Source: Candidatus Spongiisociaceae bacterium (lineage in GTDB: Bacteria; Actinomycetota; Acidimicrobiia; Spongiisociales; Spongiisociaceae). Taken from it: 64,000 nucleotides of DNA. Both the position numbers and the translations under genes were made by a program. Positions 47,918-58,098 of this stretch are shown in pieces. Each line of letters opens with the position of its first letter. Within the stretch, counting starts at the first letter, position 1. The notes below the pieces were generated by a model. The model saw nothing but the letters and a program-made list of their open reading frames with translations. It had not been told where the DNA came from and made no database searches. Location of the stretch: contig CBDCOH010000002.1 in the NCBI GenBank assembly GCA_965219685.1, positions 1,984,001 to 2,048,000 on the forward strand. The letters are read 5' to 3'.

Positions 47918-49681
47918 ACGGCCTATTCCACCGAGATAACCGGCGCAGCCTCCCTCGTCCGCGCCCTGGAGCGGGAAGGGATCGACACGGTCTTCGGGCT
48001 GGTGGGGCACGGGAACCTGGCCTTCGTCGACGCCCTGCAGGACAGCGACACGATCGACTACGTCACCGTGTTCCACGAGCAGGTAGCCGCCCATGCCGCC
48101 GATGCGTACTTCCGGGCGAGCGGACGGATCGCGGTGGTGACCACCACGGTTGGACCGGGATTCACCAACCTGATGACCGGGCTCGGGGACGCCATGCTCG
48201 ACTCCTCGGCCATGGTCGTCATCGCCGGCGGAATGCCGAGCGCCTACGTGGGCAAGGAACCGCTGCAGGAACTCTCCCACTCCGTCGACAACGCCCAACT
48301 CGACATCGCCCGGCCCCTCACCAAGCGGATCATCCTCGCCACCGGCGCCGCCGAGTTGGCCAACCAGTTCCACCGGGCCGTCCGGTACGCCGTCACAGGG
48401 TGTCCGGGCCCGGTGGTGCTCCAGGTACCGCTCGACTTCTTCTCGGACTGGGTGGAGCCGTCCGTGGCGAGGTTGCGACCGACCCGGCCCGGGCGCAGCG
48501 GTCCCGACTCCGGCGAGGTCGCGAGGGCCGCCGACCTGATCGCCCATGCCAAGCGTCCTCTCGTGTACGCGGGGGGCGGTGCGATCATCTCGCGTGCCTC
48601 CGCCGCCCTGACCCGGCTTGCCGACCAGTTCGGTATGCCGGTGGCCACCACCATGAGCGGCCAAGGAGCCATCAGCGAGGATCATCCCCTTTCCATCGGG
48701 TACACAGGCGTGGTGGGAACCAGGCCGGGCAACAACGCCGCCAGGCGAGCCGACCTCCTGCTGGCGGTGGGTACCCGGTTCCCGGAGATGGACTGCAACA
48801 ACTGGCGCCCGGACTACTTCACGCCGATTCCACCGAGCCGGCTGATCCACGTCGACATCGACCCGAACCAGATCGGAAAGATCTACCCCACCGACGTGGC
48901 TCTCGTCGGCGACGCTCGCCGGTCACTCGAAGACCTGGCCGCCGCTCTGGAGGGCCGCCTGAACGGCGGGGACCGGTGGGGTGACTGGCACGCGGAACTC
49001 GCACACGAGAAGCAGACCTGGGCGGACGACCTCCACGATGTCCGAACCACACCCAGCTTCCCGTACGAACCCGCTTACCTCGGGACCATGCTGCGCGGGC
49101 TCCTGCCGCCGGAGACGATCCTGATCACCGGCGTGGGCATCCGCCACGCAATAGGGCAGCACTACCCCTTCGTGGCGGAGGGCACCCAGGTGGTTGCCAG
49201 CGGGTTCGGAACGATGGGACAGGAGGTTGCCGCTCCGATCGGCGTACGGCTCGCCAGACCCGATGTGCCGGTGGTCGGCCTCGTCGGTGACGGGGCGGTG
49301 ATGGCCTGCCTGGCGGCGCTGCCCACCGCGGTGGCGGCGAACATCGACGTGGTCTGGTTGATCGCCAACAACACCGGATACGCCTCGATCGCCCTGTACC
49401 AGACCAAGCACTACGGGCGGGACGCGGGCACCTACTTCAAGGACTCGGAAGGGGTCACCTACGACCTCGACTACGTGGCCTTCGCCCGCTCGTTCGGCGC
49501 ACGGGCTGAGCGGGTAACGGATCCCGACGACTTCCCGGGGCTGCTCGCCAGTGCCCTGGAGGAGCGGGGCACATGGGTCCTGGAACTCCCCGTCACGCCG
49601 TACCCCCGCATAATCGGATCGGGCCATTGGGACGTCAACGACATTTTGGCAGCCGGCACCGAAAGGGGTCGGAGAGCCTGA
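47918..49681 (+). CDS. Thiamine-diphosphate-dependent enzyme (acetolactate synthase-like); ACG at the expected start
   Basis: EGIDTVFGLVGHGN, HEQVAAHAAD, GPGFTN, GDGA...NN motif; AGGAG-N6-ACG. Confidence 0.88.
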   Translation, partial: TAYSTEITGAASLVRALEREGIDTVFGLVGHGNLAFVDALQDSDTIDYVTVFHEQVAAHAADAYFRASGRIAVVTTTVGPGFTNLMTGLGDAMLDSSAMVVIAGGMPSAYVGKEPLQELSHSVDNAQLDIARPLTKRIILATGAAELANQFHRAVRYAVTGCPGPVVLQVPLDFFSDWVEPSVARLRPTRPGRSGPDSGEVARAADLIAHAKRPLVYAGGGAIISRASAALTRLADQFGMPVATTMSGQGAISEDHPLSIGYTGVVGTRPGNNAARRADLLLAVGTRFPEMDCNNWRPDYFTPIPPSRLIHVDIDPNQIGKIYPTDVALVGDARRSLEDLAAALEGRLNGGDRWGDWHAELAHEKQTWADDLHDVRTTPSFPYEPAYLGTMLRGLLPPETILITGVGIRHAIGQHYPFVAEGTQVVASGFGTMGQEVAAPIGVRLARPDVPVVGLVGDGAVMACLAALPTAVAANIDVVWLIANNTGYASIALYQTKHYGRDAGTYFKDSEGVTYDLDYVAFARSFGARAERVTDPDDFPGLLASALEERGTWVLELPVTPYPRIIGSGHWDVNDILAAGTERGRRA

Positions 49682-49728
49682 GAACCTCCGCCCCCGGCGC
49701 GTTCGGACCTATCAAGGAGGGTGTCTAA

Positions 49729-50694
49729 GTGAGCGGATCGGGCCTGATACGGACCGTTCGGGGCGACGTACCGCCCGATCCGTGGGGGATCACCAACGCC
49801 CACGCCCACCTGGTCGGCGGCGCCGACACCTCCAAGCCGCCGTTCGACACCACGGACGCCTCCGAACTGATCATGACCCTCGAAGACAGCCTCCCCGAGT
49901 TGGACGACTTCGCCCGTGCCGGAGGGTTCTGCCTGGTCGATCTGACCCCGGCCGGTATGGGCCGCGACCCGGCGGCTCTCGTTCGGGCCTCGAAGCAGGC
50001 CGGGATGCACATCGTGATGGGCACCGGCATCTATCACGAAGCCCACCATCCCGAGTCGATCGCCTCCCTGCGCGACACGGACATTGCGGAGATCCTCGTC
50101 CGGGAAATCACCCAGGGCGTGGACGGCACGACCGTGCGGGCCGGAATAATAGGAGAGCAGGGCACCTTCACCGGCCCGATGACCGACCGTGAGAAGGTGG
50201 TGTTCCGGGCTTCGGCGCTGGCGGCGGTCGAGACCGGTGCGGCGGTCACCACCCACACCCACCTCGGGCTCAACGCGTTGGACCAGATCGATGTCCTGAC
50301 GTCCCAGGGACTCTCGCCGGACCGGATCGTTATCGGTCATCTGGACGACGGCGAGCCTGACCTCGACCTGATACGCGAGATCATCAAGCGCGGTGCCTGG
50401 GCGCAGTTCGACGACATCGGCTACGAGTACTACACCGAGCGGCTCAAGATCCAGATGACCACCGACGTGGTCCGGGCGCGCAAGCTGCTCCAACTCGCGG
50501 AGGAGGGTCTGGCAGGCCAGGTGATCCTCGCCAGCGACTTCGGGATGCAGCGCCACCTGCAGGCGAGGGGCGGACCCGGGCTCGTAGTGCTCGCCGCCGG
50601 CTTCCGAAGAACGGCGCTGGAAGTGGGAGTCCCAGAGGAAGTGCTCGACCAGTGCATGATCACCAACCCGGCGACCATCCTGACCATGCGGTGA
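49729..50694 (+). CDS. Phosphotriesterase-family lactonase/hydrolase 1
   Basis: IRTVRG, HAHL, GRD, GTGIY, GIIGE, THT, IGHLD, QFD, SD, NPA. Confidence 0.92.
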   Translation: MSGSGLIRTVRGDVPPDPWGITNAHAHLVGGADTSKPPFDTTDASELIMTLEDSLPELDDFARAGGFCLVDLTPAGMGRDPAALVRASKQAGMHIVMGTGIYHEAHHPESIASLRDTDIAEILVREITQGVDGTTVRAGIIGEQGTFTGPMTDREKVVFRASALAAVETGAAVTTHTHLGLNALDQIDVLTSQGLSPDRIVIGHLDDGEPDLDLIREIIKRGAWAQFDDIGYEYYTERLKIQMTTDVVRARKLLQLAEEGLAGQVILASDFGMQRHLQARGGPGLVVLAAGFRRTALEVGVPEEVLDQCMITNPATILTMR

Positions 50695-50794
50695 GGTCGC
50701 CCATCCCTGACCCGGCGCTGCATCGAGTCCCCGCAGCGCGTGCCGCCGACCGCGTCACATGCCGGGCACCGGAAGCCGCCCGTGGGGATTGCCA

Positions 50795-51045
50795 TACAAG
50801 GGGGTTGAACCTGTCACACCACTACCCCATACTTGAGGGCTACCAAGCACCAGAGCGGTCGGGACATCGGTACCACCCGGATCGCCGAAGGGAACAAGAC
50901 ACCGGAGCCACAGCCCGCTCAGGGACCGGCAAGACGCGCTCCGAACCCAGGAACGGTGGTGGTGGGGGAGGGCCCGGAGGCCCGGACCGCAATGGCGTTT
51001 TTCGCGACTTTGAGCCGGCGGGGGGTGCCTGGTCGAGGGGACACA
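50795..51045 (+). repeat. Dispersed ~250-bp non-coding element, copy B, with promoter-like head
   Basis: TTGAAC(50805)-N17-CATACT(50828) with TGTCAC at 50812; collinear with the reverse complement of 19443-19688. Confidence 0.7.
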
Positions 51046-51127
51046 GCGGAGGGGACGGCGCATATCCGCGGAGCCGCGTACGCCATTGGGCAGGGACGGC
51101 CTCTGGCACGCCGCGGGGGCCCGGCTC

Positions 51128-52102
51128 GTGAGCCGGAGAGGCTTCATCCGTACGGTGCGGGGAGATGTGCCGGCGTCCGACTGGGGTCTGACCAATGCCC
51201 ACGCCCACCTTTCCCTGGGGATCCAGGAGCAGAGCCATCCGGCCTGGAACGAGACCGCCGAGCGTTACGAGGACCACACGCTGTCCATCGAGGACACACT
51301 GCCGGAGTTGGAGGCCTACGCCCAGGCCGGAGGCACCTGCCTGGTCGATCTGACCCCGATGGGTATGGGCCGCACCCCCACCGGCCTGGTTCGCGCATCG
51401 GAGAAGACCGGCGTCCATATCGTGATGGGAACCGGCATCTACCACGAGCCGTTCCATCCGGACCGGATCGCCGGCCTCACCGACTCTCAGATCGCCGAGG
51501 TCATGATCCGGGAGATCCACGAAGGAGTGGACGGCACGGGGATCAGGGCGGGGATCATCGGCGAGCAAGGCACCTACAAGGGACCGATGACCGAGGGCGA
51601 GGCGACCGTCTTCCGGGCGTCCGCCATGGCGGCTCTGGAGACGGGGGTGGCGGTGTCCACGCACACCTACCTCGGTCGCAACGCGCTCGACCAGATCGAC
51701 GTGCTCACCTCCGTCGGGTTGGATCCCGAGCGCATCGTCATCGGCCATCTCGACGACACGGAACCGGACCCGACCCTGTTTCGCGAGATCATCCGACGCG
51801 GCGCCTACGCGCAGTTCGACACCATCGGCTACGAGTACTACACGGAGACCCTCGGCGTGCAGATGACCACCGACCGGGTGCGCGCCAGAACGCTGCGAGA
51901 TCTGGCGAAGGAAGGACTCGCCCACAGGATCATCGTGGCGAGCGACCTCTGCCGGAAGCGCCATCTCACGGTGAACGGAGGTCCTGGGCTCGCCCACCTG
52001 ATCGCCGGTTTCCGGACCCTGGCCCGCGAGGAGGGTGTTCCCGACGCCGTGCTCGACCTGTGCATGATCACCAACCCGGCCGAGATCCTGGCGATGGTCT
52101 GA
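51128..52102 (+). CDS. Phosphotriesterase-family lactonase/hydrolase 2
   Basis: Close paralogue of 49729-50694 (WG.TNAHAHL, AGIIGEQGT, CMITNPA). Confidence 0.92.
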   Translation: MSRRGFIRTVRGDVPASDWGLTNAHAHLSLGIQEQSHPAWNETAERYEDHTLSIEDTLPELEAYAQAGGTCLVDLTPMGMGRTPTGLVRASEKTGVHIVMGTGIYHEPFHPDRIAGLTDSQIAEVMIREIHEGVDGTGIRAGIIGEQGTYKGPMTEGEATVFRASAMAALETGVAVSTHTYLGRNALDQIDVLTSVGLDPERIVIGHLDDTEPDPTLFREIIRRGAYAQFDTIGYEYYTETLGVQMTTDRVRARTLRDLAKEGLAHRIIVASDLCRKRHLTVNGGPGLAHLIAGFRTLAREEGVPDAVLDLCMITNPAEILAMV

Positions 52103-53703
52103 TGGCGGTACCGAACGGCGGGGACGCGGTGGTCAGGACGCTGCGCGACAACGGGGTCGACACCGTCTTCGGCATACCCGCCAGCTACACGGTCGAGATC
52201 TACGACGCCATCCTCCGGCAGGGCGGGATCAGGTCCATCGTGGCCCGCAACGAGCAGGCGGCCACCTTCATGGCCGACGGGTACGCCCGGCGATCGGGCC
52301 GGCCGGGAGTGGTGGTCGTGACCGGCGGTCCCGGTCTCGGCAACACGGTGACCGGATTACAGACCGCATACGCGGACTCCTCGCCGGTCGTCGTGATCGC
52401 CAGCGACCACAACCCGTCCCAGCGGATGGCGCAGCCACTGGGACTGCCCCACGAGGCGTTCGACCAGGCCGGCCTGGTCGAGGCGACCGGAGCGAGAGTG
52501 GTCCGGGCGGACGGAGGCGAGTCGATCGCCGCCGCCGTCCAAGAGACACTGCGGGCCTGCCGCTCGGGGCGTCCCGGACCCGGTGTGGCGCTCATAAGCC
52601 GCTCCGCCCTGGAGGCTCCGGAGAGTCTCCCGAGTTCTCGTCACGTGAGACTCCCGGCACCGGACCAGGAGGTCACCGACGAGGAACTCGAGGAAGTCGT
52701 CCGGCTTCTGTCGGCCGCAACCGACCCGGTTCTCCTGGTGGGCGCCGGTGTGGTCCGTGCCGGGGCACGGACCGAACTCGCCGGTCTGGTTCGGGCCAGC
52801 GGCTTGCCGGTCGTCACGACGGTCCCGGCCCGCGACACGGTGGATACGGCAACCGGCTGGGTGGGAGTGATGAACAGCAGCGCCACCCGGGCGATGGTGG
52901 AACGCGCCGACCTGGTGATCGCGGTCGGTACGAGCTTCGGGATCGCGTCCACCGCACATTGGACCCTCCGGATCGGTGGCTCGCTGGTCCACGTCGATAT
53001 CGATCCGACCAGCCTCGGGCAGCATTACCAACCCGATCTGGCCATCGTGGCCGATGCCGCCTCGTTCCTGACCTCGCTCACCGATTCGTTGAACCGCAAG
53101 AGGACCGGCCCCGGCCGAGTCCCGAGCGCGGGCGCGACCACCGTGTCGCATCCGTGGACCGATCCGATCTGCAGGGCTCTCCCCTCCCGGGGCGCCACCA
53201 TATGCGGCGATGTCACGATGGCTCTCCGGTGGATTCCGGGCGACCCGTCGCTGGGACCCGAGCGCCGGCTGATGACCCCCTGGAACTTCATGACCCTCGG
53301 ATGGGCCTACGCAGCCGCCCTGGGCGTCCAGGCCGCCGCACCCGATGACACCGTGCTGGCGGTGATGGGCGACGGCGGGGCCCTGTTCACGCTGGGGGAA
53401 CTGGCCACGGCCGTTGAACACGACTTGCCGGTCTGCCTGCTGGTATACAACAACCGGTCCTACGGGATCATCGCCGAGGCCCAGGACCAGCTTTGCGAGG
53501 GACGCCGGTTCGGGATCGATCTGGAGCAGCCCGACTTCGCGGCCGTGGCACGGGCATTCGGGATGAGTTCGTCGCGAGCCGACAACCCTCACGAACTGGA
53601 GGCCGCTCTCAGAAAGCATCTGGGAACCGGCGAGCCGAGCCTCATCGAAGCGCGGCTGGGCATCGCGGATCTGGGCGTCGATTCGGTCGGAGGCGGCGAG
53701 TGA
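52102..53703 (+). CDS. Thiamine-diphosphate-dependent enzyme
   Basis: GVDTVFGIP, RNEQAATFMADGYAR, GPGLGN, GDGG...YNN; TGATG overlap with the upstream stop. Confidence 0.92.
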   Translation: MAVPNGGDAVVRTLRDNGVDTVFGIPASYTVEIYDAILRQGGIRSIVARNEQAATFMADGYARRSGRPGVVVVTGGPGLGNTVTGLQTAYADSSPVVVIASDHNPSQRMAQPLGLPHEAFDQAGLVEATGARVVRADGGESIAAAVQETLRACRSGRPGPGVALISRSALEAPESLPSSRHVRLPAPDQEVTDEELEEVVRLLSAATDPVLLVGAGVVRAGARTELAGLVRASGLPVVTTVPARDTVDTATGWVGVMNSSATRAMVERADLVIAVGTSFGIASTAHWTLRIGGSLVHVDIDPTSLGQHYQPDLAIVADAASFLTSLTDSLNRKRTGPGRVPSAGATTVSHPWTDPICRALPSRGATICGDVTMALRWIPGDPSLGPERRLMTPWNFMTLGWAYAAALGVQAAAPDDTVLAVMGDGGALFTLGELATAVEHDLPVCLLVYNNRSYGIIAEAQDQLCEGRRFGIDLEQPDFAAVARAFGMSSSRADNPHELEAALRKHLGTGEPSLIEARLGIADLGVDSVGGGE

Positions 53704-53755
53704 GTGAGGATATTGCGGCAGCGGATGATCGCATCAGACAGTCCGGAGTGACACG

Positions 53756-55114
53756 ATGAACCACCGAGGCAACCGATCCGACACCCCCGAGCTTCCCAGG
53801 CTCGTCACGGAGGTGCCCGGCCCCAGGTCCAGGGCGATCTTCCGGCGGGATCAGAGCCTGCTCGCGGCCGGCAACTCCGCCGGTTCGCTGTGGTCGGAAC
53901 TGGCCGTGGTGGAAGGGCGCGGCGCCATGATCCTCGACGCCGACGGCAACTGGCTGCTCGATGCCTGCGCGGGCACGGTGGTCATGAACCTGGGCCACGG
54001 TCACCCGTCCGTGGCGGAGGCGCTGGCTGGACAGGCCCGGTTGCTGACCCACTTCTACGACTTCACCACCGAGGTGCGCGTCCGGTTCGTCGAACTGCTC
54101 AAGAGCACCCTGCCGGAGAGCTTCGATGCTTTCCATCTAGCCAACTCGGGAAGCGAGGCAGTGGAGGCAGCTCTGAGAACGGTCCGTTCGGCTACCGGCC
54201 GGCACGAGGTCATCGCGTTCCACAACGGCTACCACGGCCGTACGCTGGGTGCGCTGTCCCTGACATCGGGAGCGGGACGCGAGGGATTGGGACCGTTCCT
54301 GCCCGGGGTCGTGCATGCGGTGGCCCCCGATCCGATGGAGACTCCTCACCAGACCGAGGCCGAGCGGGTCGAGGCATGCGCCCGACACCTCGACCGGGTG
54401 GCGTCGCAGGTACTGGCCGGCCCGCCTGCCGCGGTCATCATCGAGCCCATGCAGGGGGCCGGAGGCATGATCCCCGTTCCGACCGGGTTCCTGGAGTCGC
54501 TCCGAGCATTCTGCGACCGCACCGGAGCTCTTCTCATATTCGACGAGATCCTCACGGGAGGCGGCCGTACCGGTCGACTATGGGCCTACCAGCACTCCGG
54601 CGTGGTGCCCGACATCCTCCTGCTCGGCAAGGGCATCGGCGGAGGCTTCCCGCTGGGGATCGTGGCCGGACCCCGGCGAGTCATGGACGCCGGTCCCGGC
54701 GCGCAACCCACCCACAACAGCAGCACTTTCGGAGGGAACCCCCTGGCCTGCGCCGCCGGTCTGGCCACGCTGAGCGCTCTGCTCGACGAGGGACTGGTCG
54801 ACAACGCCGTCCACGTCGGCGATCACCTCATCGATGCCCTACAGGACCGCCTGGAACCCCGCCGCAACGTGGCGGACGTCCGGGGACTGGGCCTGGCCAT
54901 CGGCATCGAGATGGTGACCGACCGGGCTTCTCGCACCCCGGTGCAGGGCGGCTACATCCGTTCCGTGCTGCGCGGTCTCCTACGCAGGGGGGTGGCGATA
55001 TCCAGCACCGGCCACGTGATGAGGATCACCCCTCCCCTATGCCTGACGACTCCCCAAGCCGAATACATCGCGCGTGCCGTCGGGAACACCTTCGCTGAGT
55101 TGGAACACGACTGA
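53756..55114 (+). CDS. Class III PLP aminotransferase (GABA/acetylornithine aminotransferase-like)
   Basis: LGHGHP, NSGSEAVE, YHGRT, IEPMQG, FDEILTG.GRTG, GKGIGGG, TFGGNP. Confidence 0.94.
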   Translation: MNHRGNRSDTPELPRLVTEVPGPRSRAIFRRDQSLLAAGNSAGSLWSELAVVEGRGAMILDADGNWLLDACAGTVVMNLGHGHPSVAEALAGQARLLTHFYDFTTEVRVRFVELLKSTLPESFDAFHLANSGSEAVEAALRTVRSATGRHEVIAFHNGYHGRTLGALSLTSGAGREGLGPFLPGVVHAVAPDPMETPHQTEAERVEACARHLDRVASQVLAGPPAAVIIEPMQGAGGMIPVPTGFLESLRAFCDRTGALLIFDEILTGGGRTGRLWAYQHSGVVPDILLLGKGIGGGFPLGIVAGPRRVMDAGPGAQPTHNSSTFGGNPLACAAGLATLSALLDEGLVDNAVHVGDHLIDALQDRLEPRRNVADVRGLGLAIGIEMVTDRASRTPVQGGYIRSVLRGLLRRGVAISSTGHVMRITPPLCLTTPQAEYIARAVGNTFAELEHD

Positions 55115-55168
55115 GAAGTCCCCATCGGCTCACCTTGCCTGGCACAAACCCGCCCGCTTGGTGCCGCT

Positions 55169-55939
55169 TCAAACCGCCGAGTACCCGCCATCGACCACCA
55201 GGTCGGAGCCGGTGACATAGGAACTGTCGTCCGACGCCAGGAACAGAACGGCCTTGGCGATCTCCTCGGGTTCCGCCCAGCGCTGCATCGGAATGTGGGG
55301 CAGGAAAATGGCGCGGCGCTCCGGGTCCTCCCAGGATGGGCGGCCCATCTCGGTCATCGTGAATCCCGGCACCACCGTATTGACCCGGATCCCGTACCTG
55401 GCGTACTGGGCGGCGGCGGTCCTGGTCAGCAAGCGGACGGCCGCCTTCGAAGCCGCGTACGCGGGGGCCTGAGCTTCGGACAGGTCCGGGTAGATGGCGC
55501 CGAGCAGGCCCATGACCGATGAAACGTTGACGATCGAACCGCTGCGCTGCTCCCTCATCACCGGAAGGACGGCGCGGATGCCGAGGAACGTCCCGGTCAG
55601 GTTGACGTCGTTGACGCGGTTCCACTCCTCAAGGGGTGTGTCCTCGAATGAGGACCGGTGGCCGGTCCCGGCGTTGTTGACCAGGACGTCCAATCTCCCG
55701 AAGCCATCGACCGTCTCCCCAACGGCCCGCTGCCAACTCTCCTCCCGGGTCACGTCGAGTGCGATGAACGATGCCGTACCCCCGTCTCGCAAGATGGCGG
55801 TCGCCACCTCCTCCCCCGCCCCGGCCTCGATGTCGGCGACCACAACCGCCGCCCCTTCCCCGGCGAACAGGGCGGCCTCGGTGGCGCCCATGCCCCGGGC
55901 CGCTCCGGACACCAGCGCTACCTTGCCTTCGAGTCTCAC
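55169..55939 (-). CDS. SDR family oxidoreductase
   Basis: SGAARGMG, NNAG, YAASK, VDGG. Confidence 0.94.
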   Translation of the reverse strand: MRLEGKVALVSGAARGMGATEAALFAGEGAAVVVADIEAGAGEEVATAILRDGGTASFIALDVTREESWQRAVGETVDGFGRLDVLVNNAGTGHRSSFEDTPLEEWNRVNDVNLTGTFLGIRAVLPVMREQRSGSIVNVSSVMGLLGAIYPDLSEAQAPAYAASKAAVRLLTRTAAAQYARYGIRVNTVVPGFTMTEMGRPSWEDPERRAIFLPHIPMQRWAEPEEIAKAVLFLASDDSSYVTGSDLVVDGGYSAV

Positions 55940-56022
55940 CTGTTCCCCTTGCTTCCGGTCCCGGACCGCCGGCTACCCATTCCGGTTCGCCACCCCGGCC
56001 CTTCGAGGCTAGAAACCTCAAT

Positions 56023-56616
56023 GTGAGGACCAAGGCCCTATGTCTAGCCGTCGTGTTTGCCTGTCTGGTCGGCGCGTGCCGCGCCTCGCCCTCTTCTACG
56101 ACCGCCGCGACGGCGGACACGCTCACCTCGACCACGGTAGCGACCACGGCTGCCGTCCCGTCATCCACCACGGCCACTACCAACCGGCCGACCGGCACCC
56201 AGGCCCCTGCCGCGCCGGCGGCGGATGAAGCCTCGGAGGAGTGCGACACCTTCACCACCGCACTCGACCGGCTTGTCTTCGTCCGGCTGCAGCCCATCCT
56301 CGAGGAGGCCACCGACCTTCTCCACTCGGCGCCGGAGGTCGTGGACCCCAGCGAGGTGGCGACCGGGCTGATGGAAGCGAGCCGCCAACTCCTCCGACTG
56401 GTCGACGAACTCGATCTGATGGGGGTTCCACCAAGGGAGGTCGTGGACCTGCTGCTCTCGATCAGGGAGGGCATCCTGCGTTACGCCACCGGCTTCGACG
56501 AGGGAGCTCGAGGGTGGACATCGGGCGACTCGGAGTTGATCGCGGAGGCGAAGACCGGCGTCCTCGAAGCGTCAGCAGTCATGACCGAATTCTTCGGATG
56601 GCAACTGTGCCCTTGA
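56023..56616 (+). CDS. Hypothetical lipoprotein with Thr/Ala-rich linker
   Basis: Signal peptide with lipobox LVGAC, Thr-rich tract, helical domain with two Cys. Confidence 0.6.
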   Translation: MRTKALCLAVVFACLVGACRASPSSTTAATADTLTSTTVATTAAVPSSTTATTNRPTGTQAPAAPAADEASEECDTFTTALDRLVFVRLQPILEEATDLLHSAPEVVDPSEVATGLMEASRQLLRLVDELDLMGVPPREVVDLLLSIREGILRYATGFDEGARGWTSGDSELIAEAKTGVLEASAVMTEFFGWQLCP

Positions 56617-56703
56617 GAAGGTAGTCGGACGTAGCACCGCCCTCCAGCCTCCTGTTCCGGTAGGGTCGAAGCAGCGACGGGACCGGCAGGCCAGGGAGAC
56701 GAC

Positions 56704-57627
56704 ATGGCGCAACAGGTAATGACCGTGCGAGGTCCGGTCTCGCCCGACGAACTGGGCCACACCCAGATGCACGACCACCTCTTCGCCGACCTCTCGTGGG
56801 CGCGCCACCGGTGGGTGGCGATGCCTATGACCGACGAGGTCCAGATGACGGAGGAGGTCGGTTTCTACAAGGATGCGGGCGGCGGCACCCTTGTCGACCC
56901 CATCCTGGAACACATAGGCCGCAAACCGGAGGCCACACGTCGCGTCTCGGAGGCCACCGGTGTGCATATCGTGATGGGCACCGGCTTCTACCGGGAGCCC
57001 TACTACCCCGAGTTCGTCAACAAGTGGACGACCCGCCGGCTCGCCGAGTACATCGTCGAGGAGATCGAGAACGGTTGCGCCGACACGGGTATACGCCCGG
57101 GCATTATCGGCGAGATCGGCATCGACAAGCGCTGGGTGCAAGGCGTCGAGGAACGGGTGATCCGGGCCGCGGCCCGGGCCCACCACGCCACAGGGCTGGC
57201 GATCTCCACCCACACTCCCCCGCACACGGCGCTGCTCTTCCACGAGATCCTCCAGGAGGAGGAGGTTCCACCCGACCGCGTCATCTTCGGCCACTTGGAC
57301 AATACGCTCGAGATGGACGAGTTGGAGCGCGTCGCCCAGACCGGCGCGTACATCCAGTTCGACCTGATCGGGATCGAGTGGATCAACGCCGACGTTCGCA
57401 GGGCCAAGTTCCTGGCCGAACTGGTCCGGCGCGGACACAGGGACCGTCTGCTGGTGGCCCAGGACATGCCCGCCCGGCCCCGCCTGATCACCAACGGCGG
57501 GCACGGCTACCGGCACCTCATCGACAGCTTCCTACCCATGCTGCGCGAGGAAGGCATCGACGACGACACGATCCGCCACATCACCCACACCAACCCGGCC
57601 CGCGTCCTGGCGGTGGAGGCGGACTGA
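56704..57627 (+). CDS. Phosphotriesterase-family protein 3
   Basis: VMTVRGP, HDHL, GTGFY, GIIGEIG, STHT, GHLD, QFD, AQD, NPAR. Confidence 0.93.
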   Translation: MAQQVMTVRGPVSPDELGHTQMHDHLFADLSWARHRWVAMPMTDEVQMTEEVGFYKDAGGGTLVDPILEHIGRKPEATRRVSEATGVHIVMGTGFYREPYYPEFVNKWTTRRLAEYIVEEIENGCADTGIRPGIIGEIGIDKRWVQGVEERVIRAAARAHHATGLAISTHTPPHTALLFHEILQEEEVPPDRVIFGHLDNTLEMDELERVAQTGAYIQFDLIGIEWINADVRRAKFLAELVRRGHRDRLLVAQDMPARPRLITNGGHGYRHLIDSFLPMLREEGIDDDTIRHITHTNPARVLAVEAD

Positions 57628-57715
57628 AGGGCGACCTAGTCCGATCTCTACACTAGTACTGAAGATGCGTTATAGTTATTAACGTCGGAACAGGCGCGAG
57701 TTGGGAGAGGAGGGC

Positions 57716-57925
57716 ATGGAAGGGATGGACTGGACCGAGTTCAGCAACGTCTTCGGAACGGTCGGGCCGACCGTCGTTGCCCTAGCCGTGGTAATCCTCA
57801 ACCGACGCGACCGGCTTGCAGACAAGGTAAATGCCTTGGTCGAGCGGCTGGCCGCCGTCGAAACTCACCTTGCTGGTATCGACAGGAGGCTTGAAGGCAC
57901 CGAAACGCGGCTTGGGCAGGGGTAG
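57716..57925 (+). CDS. Small hypothetical protein (TM helix plus coiled coil)
   Basis: SD GAGGAGG; hydrophobic stretch followed by the heptad pattern LVERLAAVETHLAGIDRRLEG; AT-rich upstream region. Confidence 0.5.
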   Translation: MEGMDWTEFSNVFGTVGPTVVALAVVILNRRDRLADKVNALVERLAAVETHLAGIDRRLEGTETRLGQG

Positions 57926-58098
57926 ACCCACGCGCACCAAGACCGCTCCGCCCATTTCAGGGCCGCTCCACCGGAGCAGGTGACGGGGGTCTGTCGAGGT
58001 CCGGGCAACCCGGGACGTACGTCAAGCGGTCTGCCAACCCGAATGGGTATCCACTTCCCCTCGTCAACCCAGGCAAATGGGTCCCGAGCCAATCCTTG

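Noticed and set aside
50833-53703. 956-aa ORF suggesting a fusion to the ThDP enzyme
   Set aside because: The first ~420 aa are an off-frame shadow of the PTE2 gene; the real gene starts at ATG 52102.
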